Part shown: one piece after another, positions 22,849 through 32,000 of the stretch
Layout of the letters: every line of letters begins with the position of its first letter
Position numbering within the stretch: the first letter of the stretch is position 1
Assembly (NCBI GenBank): GCA_001695645.1
Contig: LVZN01000078.1
Span: 61,609-93,608, forward strand
DNA length: 32,000 nucleotides
From: Erysipelotrichaceae bacterium MTC7
GTDB lineage: Bacteria; Bacillota_I; Bacilli_A; Erysipelotrichales; Erysipelotrichaceae
Reading direction: 5' to 3'
The notes under the pieces: generated by a model
Databases searched by the model: none
Told to the model about the DNA's origin: nothing
The model's input: the letters and a program-made list of their open reading frames with translations, nothing else
Made by a program: the position numbers and the translations under genes

Positions 22849-23652
22849 ATGAAAAACGTATTAAGTATAGCTGGTTCAGATTGTAGTGGTGGTGCGGGGA
22901 TTCAAGCAGATTTGAAGACTTTTAGTGCCAATGGAGTATTTGGTATGAGTGTAATTGTCGCTGTCGTTGCAGAAAATACCAGTCGAGTGATTTCTGTAGA
23001 AAATGTAAGTCCAAGCATGATTGAAGCACAAATAGATGCAGTATTTGAAGATATCGATGTGCATGCTGTAAAAATTGGAATGTTATCAACACCAGAATGC
23101 ATGGAAGCAGTTGCTAAAAAGTTAGAAGAGTACAAACCAAACCATGTAGTGATTGATCCGGTAATGTATGCAAAGAATGGGTGTCCACTAATGGAAGAAC
23201 AATCGTTGGATACCTTAATCCAGCGCATTATTCCACTAGCAGATGTTGTTACGCCTAACATACCAGAAGCAGAGAAGATGACAGGCATGCAAATTGATAG
23301 TATTGAAATGATGGAGCAAGCGGCAAAAAGAATTGTTGAAATGGGCTGTAAAGGCGTGATTATCAAAGGTGGACATCGTGAGGGAAGTGCCCTTGATGTA
23401 CTTTATGATGGAAACGAATTTACACATTTTGAAACAAAAAGAGTTCCAACAAAAAACACACATGGAACCGGATGTACATTTTCTGCAGCGATTGCTTCGC
23501 AGTTGGCACAAGATCTTTCCCTAGCAAAAGCGGTTGGTGTTGCAAAAACGTATGTGACAAGTGCCATAACCCATGGATTAGAAATAGGAAAGGGCTGTGG
23601 TCCTACAAATCATTTCTACGAGTTATATAAAAAAGCGGGGATGATCAAATGA
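22849..23652 (+). CDS. thiD: Hydroxymethylpyrimidine/phosphomethylpyrimidine kinase
   Basis: I moved the start to ATG 22849 (SD AAGGAGG). Motifs are [28 protein letters not shown] and [13 protein letters not shown]. Confidence 0.92.
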   Translation: MKNVLSIAGSDCSGGAGIQADLKTFSANGVFGMSVIVAVVAENTSRVISVENVSPSMIEAQIDAVFEDIDVHAVKIGMLSTPECMEAVAKKLEEYKPNHVVIDPVMYAKNGCPLMEEQSLDTLIQRIIPLADVVTPNIPEAEKMTGMQIDSIEMMEQAAKRIVEMGCKGVIIKGGHREGSALDVLYDGNEFTHFETKRVPTKNTHGTGCTFSAAIASQLAQDLSLAKAVGVAKTYVTSAITHGLEIGKGCGPTNHFYELYKKAGMIK

Positions 23653-24968
23653 TGTATACAACACAGATGAATGCTGCAAAGAACCGTATCGTTACCAAAG
23701 AGATGATAGCGGTGGCTACTAAAGAAAACATTGCTGTAGAAGTTTTACTAGAAAAAATTGCTTGTGGTGAAATTATTATTCCTGCCAATAAAATGCACCA
23801 TAGTTTAGATCCACAAGGAATCGGGACAGGATTAAAAACGAAGATTAACGTTAATTTAGGCGTTTCAAAGGATTGTCAAGATTACACAGTTGAGATGAAG
23901 AAAGCGCAACTTGCCATTGATTACAACTGTGCAGCGATTATGGATTTAAGTAATACAGGAAAGACAAATACATTTCGTGAAGCATTGATTGCAAGTTCAC
24001 CAACAATGATTGGGACGGTTCCTATATATGATGCTATTGGTTATCTAGGTAAGGATTTAAAAGAAATCGATGCAAGAGATTTTTTGGAAGTCATTGAAGC
24101 ACATGCAAAAGCCGGTGTTGATTTTATGACAATCCATGCTGGTTTAAATAAGAGAATGGTAGAGTTAATCAAACGTGAAAAACGACTGACAAATATTGTA
24201 TCGCGAGGAGGATCGTTGATTTTTGCTTGGATGGAGATGACAGGAAAAGAGAATCCATTTTATGAATATTATGATGAAGTCTTAGAAATCTTTGCGCACT
24301 ATGACGTTACGATGAGTCTTGGTGATGCCTTGCGTCCTGGAAGCATAGATGATAGCACGGATGGTATGCAAATTGGTGAATTAATCGAACTTGGTAATCT
24401 AACCAAACGAGCATGGGAAAAAGACGTACAAGTTATGGTTGAAGGACCTGGACATATGGCAATGGATGAAATCGCAGCAAATATAAAATTGCAGAAACGG
24501 TTGTGTCATAATGCACCATTTTATGTGTTAGGTCCAATCGTCACTGATATTGCACCGGGGTATGATCATATTACGTCTGCCATAGGTGGAGCGATTGCTG
24601 CCATGCATGGTGCTGACTTTCTTTGCTATGTAACACCTGCAGAACATTTGCGACTGCCAGATATCGATGATGTAAAGGAAGGAATTGTAGCTAGTAAAAT
24701 AGCTGCTCATGCAGCAGATATAGCCAAGGGAATTCCAGGAGCAAGAGATATCGATCACCTGATGAGTGATGCAAGAAGACAAGTTGATTTTGAAAAGATG
24801 TTCACTTACGCAATTGACCCACACAAAGCGAAGACATATTACGACAGTCGAACGGTCAGTGAAGAACACACATGTACGATGTGTGGAAATATGTGTGCGA
24901 TGCGCACAACAAATAAAATACTAGAAGGTAAAGATATTTCATTTAGGGAGGACAAAACAAATGCATAA
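23649..24968 (+). CDS. thiC: Phosphomethylpyrimidine synthase (radical SAM)
   Basis: 439 aa with [30 protein letters not shown] and the C-terminal Fe-S motif [11 protein letters not shown]. The start overlaps the thiD stop. Confidence 0.93.
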   Translation: MMYTTQMNAAKNRIVTKEMIAVATKENIAVEVLLEKIACGEIIIPANKMHHSLDPQGIGTGLKTKINVNLGVSKDCQDYTVEMKKAQLAIDYNCAAIMDLSNTGKTNTFREALIASSPTMIGTVPIYDAIGYLGKDLKEIDARDFLEVIEAHAKAGVDFMTIHAGLNKRMVELIKREKRLTNIVSRGGSLIFAWMEMTGKENPFYEYYDEVLEIFAHYDVTMSLGDALRPGSIDDSTDGMQIGELIELGNLTKRAWEKDVQVMVEGPGHMAMDEIAANIKLQKRLCHNAPFYVLGPIVTDIAPGYDHITSAIGGAIAAMHGADFLCYVTPAEHLRLPDIDDVKEGIVASKIAAHAADIAKGIPGARDIDHLMSDARRQVDFEKMFTYAIDPHKAKTYYDSRTVSEEHTCTMCGNMCAMRTTNKILEGKDISFREDKTNA

Positions 24969-25776
24969 TAAATTAGAACAAGCACTGACAAATGTGAAAA
25001 CAATACATCCACTGGTTCATCATTTGACGAACTATGTAACGGTAAACGACTGTGCAAATATCACACTAGCAATTGGAGGTTCACCGGTCATGGCGGATGC
25101 AATTGAAGAAGTCACTGATATGGCAAGCGTTGCAAATAGCGTAGTCATTAACATGGGAACACTCAATGAAAGAACGGTGGCATCCATGATTCTTGCAGGA
25201 AAAGCAGCCAATGGAAAAGGGACACCTGTTATATTTGATCCAGTTGGAGTTGGTGCAAGTGTATTTCGTAATGAGATGGCACTAAAGATCCTTAAAGAAG
25301 TAAAATGTAGCGTCATTCGTGGAAATGCATCAGAAATTCGTTTTCTGGTGGAACGTCATGCAGCAACGAAAGGTGTTGATGTAGCAAGTGCAGATACAAA
25401 CATTGATGTAGAAACATTAGTGAAAGAGGGGGCAAAGAAACTAGGCTGTATTGTGGCTTGTACAGGAGCTGTTGATTATATCAGCGATGGAAAACAGCTT
25501 GTCAAAATATACAACGGACATGCTATGCTATCCAGCATTACAGGAACTGGTTGCATGTGTACGAGTTTGATTGGAACGTATTGTGGTGCCAATACGGATA
25601 TCTTTATTGCAACATGTGCAGCTTTGTTAAGTATGGGGATGGCTGGAGAAAATGCGTATACATCGAGTGGGCATTTGGGGCTTGGTCACTATCACATGGC
25701 AATTATTGATGAAATCAGCAAACTGGATGCTACAAGTTTGCTAGAGAGAGCAAGATATGAAACAAACAACAGTTGA
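24961..25776 (+). CDS. thiM: Hydroxyethylthiazole kinase
   Basis: 271 aa with [35 protein letters not shown] and ITGTGCM. It overlaps the thiC stop. Confidence 0.92.
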   Translation: MHNKLEQALTNVKTIHPLVHHLTNYVTVNDCANITLAIGGSPVMADAIEEVTDMASVANSVVINMGTLNERTVASMILAGKAANGKGTPVIFDPVGVGASVFRNEMALKILKEVKCSVIRGNASEIRFLVERHAATKGVDVASADTNIDVETLVKEGAKKLGCIVACTGAVDYISDGKQLVKIYNGHAMLSSITGTGCMCTSLIGTYCGANTDIFIATCAALLSMGMAGENAYTSSGHLGLGHYHMAIIDEISKLDATSLLERARYETNNS

Positions 25777-26392
25777 TTATGGCATCTATCTCATCACGGA
25801 TCAAACAGTGTTGGGGAAAAAGGATTTATGCGAAGCCGTGGAACAAGCCATCCTTGGTGGATGTACCTTGGTTCAAATTCGTGAAAAGGAACAATCGACC
25901 AAAGCCTTTTACCAAGAAGCCAAACAGATTAAAGCAATTTGCGACAGATATAAAGTTCCATTGATTGTTAATGATCGTGTAGATGTTGCACTTGCCATCG
26001 ATGCAAGTGGAATTCATGTTGGTCAAGATGATTTGCCAGCATGCATAACGCGCAAATTGATTGGAAAAAACAAGTTACTTGGTGTATCGGTCACCAATCT
26101 TGATGAAGCGTTACAAGCACAACGTGATGATGCAGATTATCTAGGCGTCGGTGCAATGCATGCTACACAAACCAAAGAAGACGCGACAATTGTCTCTTTA
26201 GCACAACTTGCAAACATTCGTGCAGCAGTTGAGATACCTATTGTTGTTATCGGTGGGATTTCAGTAGAGAATGCATCGATGTATGCACAAATGCAGGTTG
26301 ATGGCTTAGCGGTTGTCTCTGCCATTCTTAGTCAAAAGGACATTTATCAAGCAACAAAAACACTGAAACAAGCATTTCAAGCAAAATCTTAG
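25757..26392 (+). CDS. thiE: Thiamine-phosphate synthase
   Basis: 211 aa with YLITD, VQIREK, LIVNDRVDVALAIDASGIHVGQDD and VVIGGI. It overlaps the thiM 3' end. Confidence 0.92.
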   Translation: MKQTTVDYGIYLITDQTVLGKKDLCEAVEQAILGGCTLVQIREKEQSTKAFYQEAKQIKAICDRYKVPLIVNDRVDVALAIDASGIHVGQDDLPACITRKLIGKNKLLGVSVTNLDEALQAQRDDADYLGVGAMHATQTKEDATIVSLAQLANIRAAVEIPIVVIGGISVENASMYAQMQVDGLAVVSAILSQKDIYQATKTLKQAFQAKS

Positions 26393-26518
26393 GTATTTTA
26401 CATTCTTGTCCAAAATTTCACAAATTAGCAGTAAGTGGGTTAACTCTTTGGAATACCTATGGTATACTTAAACTAACTACTAATATATATATTTTACATA
26501 TGATAAAGGAATGACAGG

Positions 26519-27454
26519 ATGAACATTAATACGATTTTATTACGATATGTAGTTGAGGTAGAAAAAAGTAAATCTATTTCGAAAGCTGCAGACAACTTGT
26601 ATATGGCACAACCAAACTTAAGTAAAGCAATCAAAGAATTGGAAGAAAACGTTGGATTTCCAATTTTTGAACGTGGTCCAAAGGGAACGATTCCAACGGA
26701 ACTCGGTGTCCAATTCATTGAACAAGCATATAAGGTGTTGTCACAACTAGATGCAATGGAAAATCTAGCTTCAGGTAAAAAAGAGGGAACGATTCACTTT
26801 GACGTTTCCATTCCTCGGGGTAGTTATATCTCCGAAGGTGTACTTGATTTTGTGCGTGGATTGGATTTTAAAACACGTACAGAAGTGTTGTTTCAAGAAA
26901 CCAATGCCCTAAAAGCAATCCACAACGTTTCAGAACATCGCTTTAACTTAGGTGTGATTCGTTATGAGAAGAAAAATGAATTGTACTTTAAAGACTATTT
27001 ACAAGAACGTAACCTAAAATCAGAAATTTTATGGGACTTTCAGGAGATTGTCTTAATGTCAAAAGATCACCCGTTAGCAAATAAAGAAATCATTGAATTG
27101 ACCGACTTAGAACCGTATATTGAAATCGTCTACGAAGATGAAGTATTGCCGTATTTCCATCAATTAAAAAAGCGTCGAGAACAACCAGTGAGTAGTAAAT
27201 TGTCGATTTTTGAACGTTCAAGTCAATTTCAATTCTTGTCGACTTTGACAGAATCCTATACATTCGCTTCACCGATTCCAACCTACTTATTGGAACGCTA
27301 CAACGTGGTGCAACGCAAAGTGCGTGGGCTAAATGATTCTTACAAAGATGTAATTATCTATCGCAAGGATTATGAGTTGACTGAACTAGATCGTGATTTT
27401 ATCAATAAACTTGATCAAGCTCGAAACAATGTTGCCTTTTTAAAGTTGGAATAG
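26519..27454 (+). CDS. LysR-family transcriptional regulator
   Basis: HTH LLRYVVEVEKSKSISKAADNLYMAQPNLSKAIKELEENVGFPIFER, followed by a LysR-type effector domain. Confidence 0.85.
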   Translation: MNINTILLRYVVEVEKSKSISKAADNLYMAQPNLSKAIKELEENVGFPIFERGPKGTIPTELGVQFIEQAYKVLSQLDAMENLASGKKEGTIHFDVSIPRGSYISEGVLDFVRGLDFKTRTEVLFQETNALKAIHNVSEHRFNLGVIRYEKKNELYFKDYLQERNLKSEILWDFQEIVLMSKDHPLANKEIIELTDLEPYIEIVYEDEVLPYFHQLKKRREQPVSSKLSIFERSSQFQFLSTLTESYTFASPIPTYLLERYNVVQRKVRGLNDSYKDVIIYRKDYELTELDRDFINKLDQARNNVAFLKLE

Positions 27455-27612
27455 TAGCGATATATCACTTTATAAATAGCCATAGATAAAAATTATATAA
27501 GTATAAGAAATACAAATTTGGTAAGATTGGACTACAACATTCCTTTAAGTTCATGCGAGAACTTAGAAATTATGCGCTCAATGCTCTTGTTAGCTCTTAG
27601 GGAGTAAAATAT

Positions 27613-27687
27613 ATGCTTGCTAAGAATGTTGTGGGTTTAACAAAGAAGCATAGAAAAGAATATGTTCATATTTTCACAAAGATATAA
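27613..27687 (+). CDS. Candidate 24-codon leader ORF (MLAKNVVGLTKKHRKEYVHIFTKI) within the adh leader
   Basis: SD GGGAG lies 8 nt upstream of the ATG. The stop codon lies in the 3' arm of the leader terminator. There is no conservation evidence. Confidence 0.3.
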   Translation: MLAKNVVGLTKKHRKEYVHIFTKI

Positions 27688-27703
27688 ACATGTTCTTTTT
27701 TTA
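27657..27703 (+). terminator. Intrinsic terminator inside the 313-bp LysR-adh intergenic region (candidate attenuator)
   Basis: AGAATATGTTCAT-N14-ATAAACATGTTCT (13-bp stem with one G.U and one mismatch) running into a T7 run, 65 nt before the adh start. Confidence 0.6.
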
Positions 27704-27767
27704 TATATCTCGCTGTTTTCCTGTGGTGTTAGAATGAGGGAGTAAAGAAAAAGGAGGTCTAGATTTT

Positions 27768-28958
27768 ATGGCTAGATATACGATACCAAGAGATGTGTAT
27801 CATGGAAAAGGATCATTAGAAAATTTAAAGGATTTAGTAGGTAAAAAAGCAATCGTTGTTGTTGGTGGAGGAAGTATGAAACGCTTCGGATTCCTAGACA
27901 AAGTTGAAGAATACCTTAAAGAAGCAGGAATGGAAGTTCAACTATTTGAAGGTGTTGAACCAGATCCATCTGTTGAAACTGTTATGCGTGGAGCGCAAGC
28001 AATGCGCGACTTTGAACCGGACTGGATTGTTTCTATCGGTGGTGGTTCACCAATCGATGCTGCAAAAGCAATGTGGGTATTCTACGAATATCCTGAAACT
28101 AAGTTTGAAGACATTATTACTCCATACAGTTTCCCAACATTACGCCAAAAAGCAAAATTCTGTGCAATTCCATCAACGAGTGGTACAGCAACAGAAGTAA
28201 CAGCATTCTCTGTTATTACAGACTATGAAAAAGGGATTAAATATCCATTAGCTGACTTTAACATTACGCCAGATGTAGCAATCATCGATTCTACCTTAGC
28301 AGAAACAATGCCTCAAAAGTTAACAGCTCATACAGGAATGGATGCAATGACACACGCAATTGAATCATACGTGTCAACATTACACTGTAACTACACAGAC
28401 CCACATGCATTACACGCAATTAAATTAATTACGGATTCTATTGTTGCTTCATATGAAGGTGATAAAGAAGCAAGAGAAACAATGCACGATGCACAATGTT
28501 TAGCAGGTATGGCATTCTCTAATACTTCACTTGGAATCGTTCACTCTATGGCACACAAAACTGGTGCTGCATACAGTGGAGGACACATTGTTCATGGTTG
28601 TGCAAATGCTATGTACTTACCAAAAGTAATTAAATTCAATGCAAGAGAACCAGAAGCAGCTACACGTTACGGTGAAATTGCAGATTCATTACACTTAGGT
28701 GGAAACACAACTGCAGAAAAAGTAGAATTGTTGATTCAACACATTCTTACTTTAAACAAAGAACTTAACATCCCAACTTGTATCAAAGATTACGAAGGTG
28801 GAATTATTGATGAAACTGAGTTCTTAAACAAACTTGATGAAGTTGCTAAATTAGCGGTTGAAGATGCTTGTACAGGAACAAACCCTCGTACCATTGATCC
28901 ATCACAAATGGCTCGCTTATTAAAAGCTTGCTACTATGATGAAGAAGTAGATTTCTAA
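27768..28958 (+). CDS. Iron-containing (class III) alcohol dehydrogenase
   Basis: 396 aa with VVVGGGSMKR, IGGGSPIDAAKAMW, PSTSGTATEVT and metal-binding His clusters (HTGMDAMTHAIESY, HSMAHKTG, HGCANA). SD AAAGGAGG is present. Confidence 0.9.
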   Translation: MARYTIPRDVYHGKGSLENLKDLVGKKAIVVVGGGSMKRFGFLDKVEEYLKEAGMEVQLFEGVEPDPSVETVMRGAQAMRDFEPDWIVSIGGGSPIDAAKAMWVFYEYPETKFEDIITPYSFPTLRQKAKFCAIPSTSGTATEVTAFSVITDYEKGIKYPLADFNITPDVAIIDSTLAETMPQKLTAHTGMDAMTHAIESYVSTLHCNYTDPHALHAIKLITDSIVASYEGDKEARETMHDAQCLAGMAFSNTSLGIVHSMAHKTGAAYSGGHIVHGCANAMYLPKVIKFNAREPEAATRYGEIADSLHLGGNTTAEKVELLIQHILTLNKELNIPTCIKDYEGGIIDETEFLNKLDEVAKLAVEDACTGTNPRTIDPSQMARLLKACYYDEEVDF

Positions 28959-28982
28959 AAGTAAAACGTATTACGGTTGTTG

Positions 28983-29013
28983 AATAGTTGCCGCTACTTG
29001 CGGTAACTATTTT
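28983..29013 (+). terminator. Possible terminator after adh (short T-tract)
   Basis: AATAGTTGCCG-N7-CGGTAACTATT, an 11-bp stem with one G.U pair, followed only by TTTG. Confidence 0.45.
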
Positions 29014-29037
29014 GTCATTTATGCATAAAGGGGTCCT

Positions 29038-30702
29038 ATGGAAAAATATATTGAATCAAAAAAATCAAATTGTAAAAACTGTTACAAGTGTATAAGAAAT
29101 TGTGCACTCAAGTCACTCAGTTTTCTTAACGATCAAGCGAACATCATAAGTGATGATTGCATTTATTGTGGCGAGTGTTATCTTGTTTGTCCACAAGATG
29201 CCAAATACATTCGCAGCGATGCGCAAAAAGTAAAAACTTGGCTTGCATCTAACACGCCAGTTGTCGCGAGCGTTGCTCCATCGTACAATGCGTTAGACAA
29301 CACAGATTTCTTTTTGTTGAAACAACAATTGCTTGATGCTGGTTTTCAAGCGGTTGAAGAAACCGCGATTGGCGCGTATATGGTAAAAACGGCATATGAG
29401 AAACTTTGCGAAAACAAAGAAAACGACGTATTGATTTCCTCTTGTTGTCACAGTGTCAACTTGCTTGTGGAAAAGCATTTTCCAGAAGCCATTCCCTATT
29501 TGGCCAGTGTTGTAACACCCATGGAAGCACATGCTAGAAAACTAAAGGAAACATATCCAGAAGCTAAAGTTGTTTTCATTGGACCATGTATTTCAAAAAA
29601 AGCGGAAATTGACGATACGAAAAGTCATACCGATGTCGTGCTAACTTTTGCCGAGTTGGCAGAACTTGGCTTACCAAGCTTTGGTAAGAAACAAGAAGAG
29701 AAACAGGAATGTCAGCTTTCCACAAGAAGTTTCCCAATCACTGGTGGTATTTTATCAACCATGAAAAAGGAAGCGGATATGACCTATTTGGTCGTGGATG
29801 GACAAGAAAATTGTGTCCAAACCATTAAAGATGTCATTGATGGGAAGATTCACAAATGTTTTATTGAAATGTCTTTGTGTGCAGGTAGTTGTGCAGGTGG
29901 TCCAGTGTTACGGAAAAGTGGGTATACAACAGTGCCTAGCACGATGTCCATTGCTGCTAAAGCCAAACAAAAAGGACCTCAATTGGATGTAGAAACAAAA
30001 CAACTTCACACAACATTTGAAAATAGAAAACAAACCAGTTATCGAATAAGTGATCAAATGATTGAAGAAGTGTTAGCGAAAATAGGAAAGACAAAAATAG
30101 AAGATGAATTAAACTGTGGTGGTTGTGGGTACAATACGTGTAGAGAAAAAGCGGTTGCAGTTATTCAAGGTAAGGCAAATCTAGAGATGTGTTTGCCCTA
30201 TTTGCGAGACCGGGCAGAAACGTTCTCGGACAACATTATCCGTAATACACCAAACGGAATCATCGTGCTTAATGAAGAATTTGAAATCGAGCAAATGAAT
30301 GAAGCAGCTTGTCAGATATTTAATATTGAACATAGTTTTGAAATCATTGGTGATCAAGTGGTACGTTTGCTTGATCCAAAGTTGATTATGGATACCTACT
30401 TTGATGGAAAGAATACGTATGATAAGCAAATTTATCTTGCAGAATTTGATAAACATATCAATTTAACGGTGATTGCAGATCGAGCCTATCATATTTTGAT
30501 TTGTGTCATACGGGATATTAGTGATGAAATCAAACGTCAAAACGAACAAGAAAACTATCGTAAATCAACGGTGGAAATTACAGACCAACTGATTGATAAA
30601 CAAATGCGAACGGTGCAAGAGATTGCTTCCTTGCTTGGGGAGACTACCGCAGAAACAAAAGTTGCCCTAACTAAGTTGAAGGAGTCGATGTCCCGTGAAT
30701 AA
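29038..30702 (+). CDS. Sensory [FeFe]-hydrogenase-like protein (HydS/HfsB type): 2x[4Fe-4S], H-cluster domain, 4-Cys Fe-S module, PAS domain
   Basis: N-terminal CKNCYKCIRNC and CIYCGECYLVCP. The H-cluster motif equivalents are ISSCCHS (L1), IGPCISKKAE (L2) and EMSLCAGSCAGGP (L3). They are followed by CGGCGYNTC...C, a PAS-like NTPNGIIVLNEEFEIEQMNEAACQIF and a coiled-coil tail. Confidence 0.85.
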   Translation: MEKYIESKKSNCKNCYKCIRNCALKSLSFLNDQANIISDDCIYCGECYLVCPQDAKYIRSDAQKVKTWLASNTPVVASVAPSYNALDNTDFFLLKQQLLDAGFQAVEETAIGAYMVKTAYEKLCENKENDVLISSCCHSVNLLVEKHFPEAIPYLASVVTPMEAHARKLKETYPEAKVVFIGPCISKKAEIDDTKSHTDVVLTFAELAELGLPSFGKKQEEKQECQLSTRSFPITGGILSTMKKEADMTYLVVDGQENCVQTIKDVIDGKIHKCFIEMSLCAGSCAGGPVLRKSGYTTVPSTMSIAAKAKQKGPQLDVETKQLHTTFENRKQTSYRISDQMIEEVLAKIGKTKIEDELNCGGCGYNTCREKAVAVIQGKANLEMCLPYLRDRAETFSDNIIRNTPNGIIVLNEEFEIEQMNEAACQIFNIEHSFEIIGDQVVRLLDPKLIMDTYFDGKNTYDKQIYLAEFDKHINLTVIADRAYHILICVIRDISDEIKRQNEQENYRKSTVEITDQLIDKQMRTVQEIASLLGETTAETKVALTKLKESMSRE

Positions 30703-31879
30703 TATCTGGTTTGATGTTGGAATTAGCAGTGTCAACAAACTTGGTGAACAATTATGTGGTGACCATGTAGATGTCGTGAAAATGGAAGATGGTAGTAAAA
30801 TAGTAGTCTTAGCAGATGGATTGGGTAGTGGTGTTAAAGCTAGTATTCTGTCGATATTAACTGCCAAAATCATTTCCACGATGATGGCCAACCAAATGTC
30901 TTTGGAAGACTGTGTACAAACCATTATTCACACGCTGCCAGTTTGCAAGGAACGTCAGCTTGCATACTCGACGTTTTCGTTTTTGTATTTACATGCAAAT
31001 TCAAGAATGGTGGATGTGGTGCAATACGACAATCCCAAAGTATTGTTTTTCCATGATGGAAAACATGTACGTTACAATGAGACTGTCGAGATTATCGATG
31101 GAAAACAAATCAGTCGGACCCGTTTGGAACTGCAAGAAGGCGATTACATTCTGATGATGAGTGATGGTGTGCTCTTTGCTTCAAAGGGAAAAATTCTTGA
31201 CTTGGATTGGAACGAAGAAAAGATTACGACCTATATGGAACAAACGTTACAACTGCAAGAAAACTTTGATGCAAAAACCTTTAGCAGTTTATTGTTGCAA
31301 GAATGCTTACATCATTACGATGATAAACCAGGTGATGATATAAGTGTTTGTGCCATTCGTTTGTGCAAACGTAAAAATGCCAATATTCTAATTGGGCCAC
31401 CAAAAAACCCAGATGATGTGGATAAAATGATGCGACTTTTCTTCTCGCGTGATGGCTACCATTTGGTTTGTGGTGGTACAACATCACAGTTATGTGCAAA
31501 GTATTTAGGTAAGCCAATCAAGATGAACCAACCATATCCACATACGGACGTGCCACCAACGTGCACCATCGAAGGCGTGGATTTGGTATCAGAAGGTTCC
31601 GTAACCTTAAAACAAGTGCTTGCTTATGCAAAAGATCATACGGATAAAAACGAACAATATACTTACTGGACATACCAAGATGATGGAGCAAGTAAGATTG
31701 CTAAGTTACTTTTTGATGAGGTCAGTGACATCCATTTCTATGTAGGGCTTGCAAAAAATCCTGCTCACAATGAAAATGATAGTCAAAGTATTAGTTTTGG
31801 GAATAAAATGGAAATGATTGAACAACTGGTTGGTGAGTTGTTGAAATTAGATAAAAAAGTAAAAGTGAATTATTTTTAA
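30695..31879 (+). CDS. SpoIIE/PP2C-family serine phosphatase with an uncharacterised C-terminal domain
   Basis: The GTG start overlaps the upstream stop by 8 nt. Motifs are LCGDHVDVV, VVLADGLGSGVKASILS, ILMMSDGV and GDDISVCAI. The roughly 160-aa C-terminal region has no recognisable motif. Confidence 0.85.
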   Translation: MNNIWFDVGISSVNKLGEQLCGDHVDVVKMEDGSKIVVLADGLGSGVKASILSILTAKIISTMMANQMSLEDCVQTIIHTLPVCKERQLAYSTFSFLYLHANSRMVDVVQYDNPKVLFFHDGKHVRYNETVEIIDGKQISRTRLELQEGDYILMMSDGVLFASKGKILDLDWNEEKITTYMEQTLQLQENFDAKTFSSLLLQECLHHYDDKPGDDISVCAIRLCKRKNANILIGPPKNPDDVDKMMRLFFSRDGYHLVCGGTTSQLCAKYLGKPIKMNQPYPHTDVPPTCTIEGVDLVSEGSVTLKQVLAYAKDHTDKNEQYTYWTYQDDGASKIAKLLFDEVSDIHFYVGLAKNPAHNENDSQSISFGNKMEMIEQLVGELLKLDKKVKVNYF

Positions 31880-31893
31880 ATAAAGGAGTCGAC

Positions 31894-32000
31894 ATGTATA
31901 AGATTGTTGAAAAAGAAAGATTAAATCCAACAGTTACGAAAATGGTCATTGAAGCACCAGCGATTGCGAAAAAAGCAAAAGCTGGACAATTTGTCATTTT
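31894..32000 (+). CDS. NfnA / sulfide-dehydrogenase-type FAD/NAD-binding ferredoxin-NADP(+) reductase subunit, N-terminal fragment (continues past the window)
   Basis: SD AAAGGAG 6 nt upstream. MYKIVEKERLNPTVTKMVIEAPAIAKKAKAGQFVI matches the typical N-terminus of NfnA/GltD-partner subunits. Only 35 codons are visible. Confidence 0.55.
   Translation, partial: MYKIVEKERLNPTVTKMVIEAPAIAKKAKAGQFVI

Noticed and set aside
1-32000. A scan for CRISPR arrays, IS elements or transposases, integrases, phage genes, long (>30 bp) dispersed repeats and rRNA.
   Set aside because: I recognised none by eye. The pilus islet has no visible flanking direct repeats or recombinase, so its mobility cannot be argued from this window. 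A computational repeat search would be needed to be sure.

Overview
This is a 32-kb window from a low-GC Gram-positive (Bacillota-like) chromosome with anaerobe-type gene content. All credible CDS but one lie on the + strand.

Left to right:
- The 3' end of a sensor histidine kinase, then mgtE, a leaderless ~20-repeat LRR protein and a 64-aa ORF.
- tRNA-Ser(GCU) and tRNA-Gly(GCC).
- A tightly packed five-gene cst-like (persulfide / CoA-persulfide) operon behind a CsoR-type operator: rhodanese, a CstR-like repressor, a CoA-disulfide-reductase-rhodanese fusion, a 2x[4Fe-4S] ferredoxin and a NapH-like membrane Fe-S protein.
- Pirin, then a DUF898-like membrane protein (the only minus-strand gene).
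- A LysR regulator and O-acetylhomoserine sulfhydrylase.
- An ~8-kb FCT/PI-2-type pilus islet: a large surface protein with an IPETG signal, a SipA-like inactive signal peptidase, a Spy0128/FctA-like pilin with a VNFTG signal and a class B sortase. A 570-bp non-coding spacer and a vWA/MIDAS protein follow.
- A NYN-LOTUS protein, a DUF349 protein and a MarR regulator.
- tRNA-Trp and tRNA-Arg.
- A TPP riboswitch with thiD-thiC-thiM-thiE.
- A second LysR regulator, then an Fe-type alcohol dehydrogenase behind a structured leader that ends in a terminator.
- A sensory [FeFe]-hydrogenase-like PAS protein translationally coupled to a SpoIIE/PP2C phosphatase.
- The start of an NfnA-like gene.

I saw no CRISPR array, transposase, integrase, prophage gene or rRNA.

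The most interesting items are:
1. The pilus islet with non-LPXTG sorting signals.
2. The extended cst-like operon, whose repressor lacks the second sensing cysteine.
3. The hydrogenase-like sensor/phosphatase pair embedded among redox-balancing genes.
4. The terminator-containing leader in front of the alcohol dehydrogenase.

All functional calls come from motif recognition by eye. No database search, HMM, folding or composition calculation was run.
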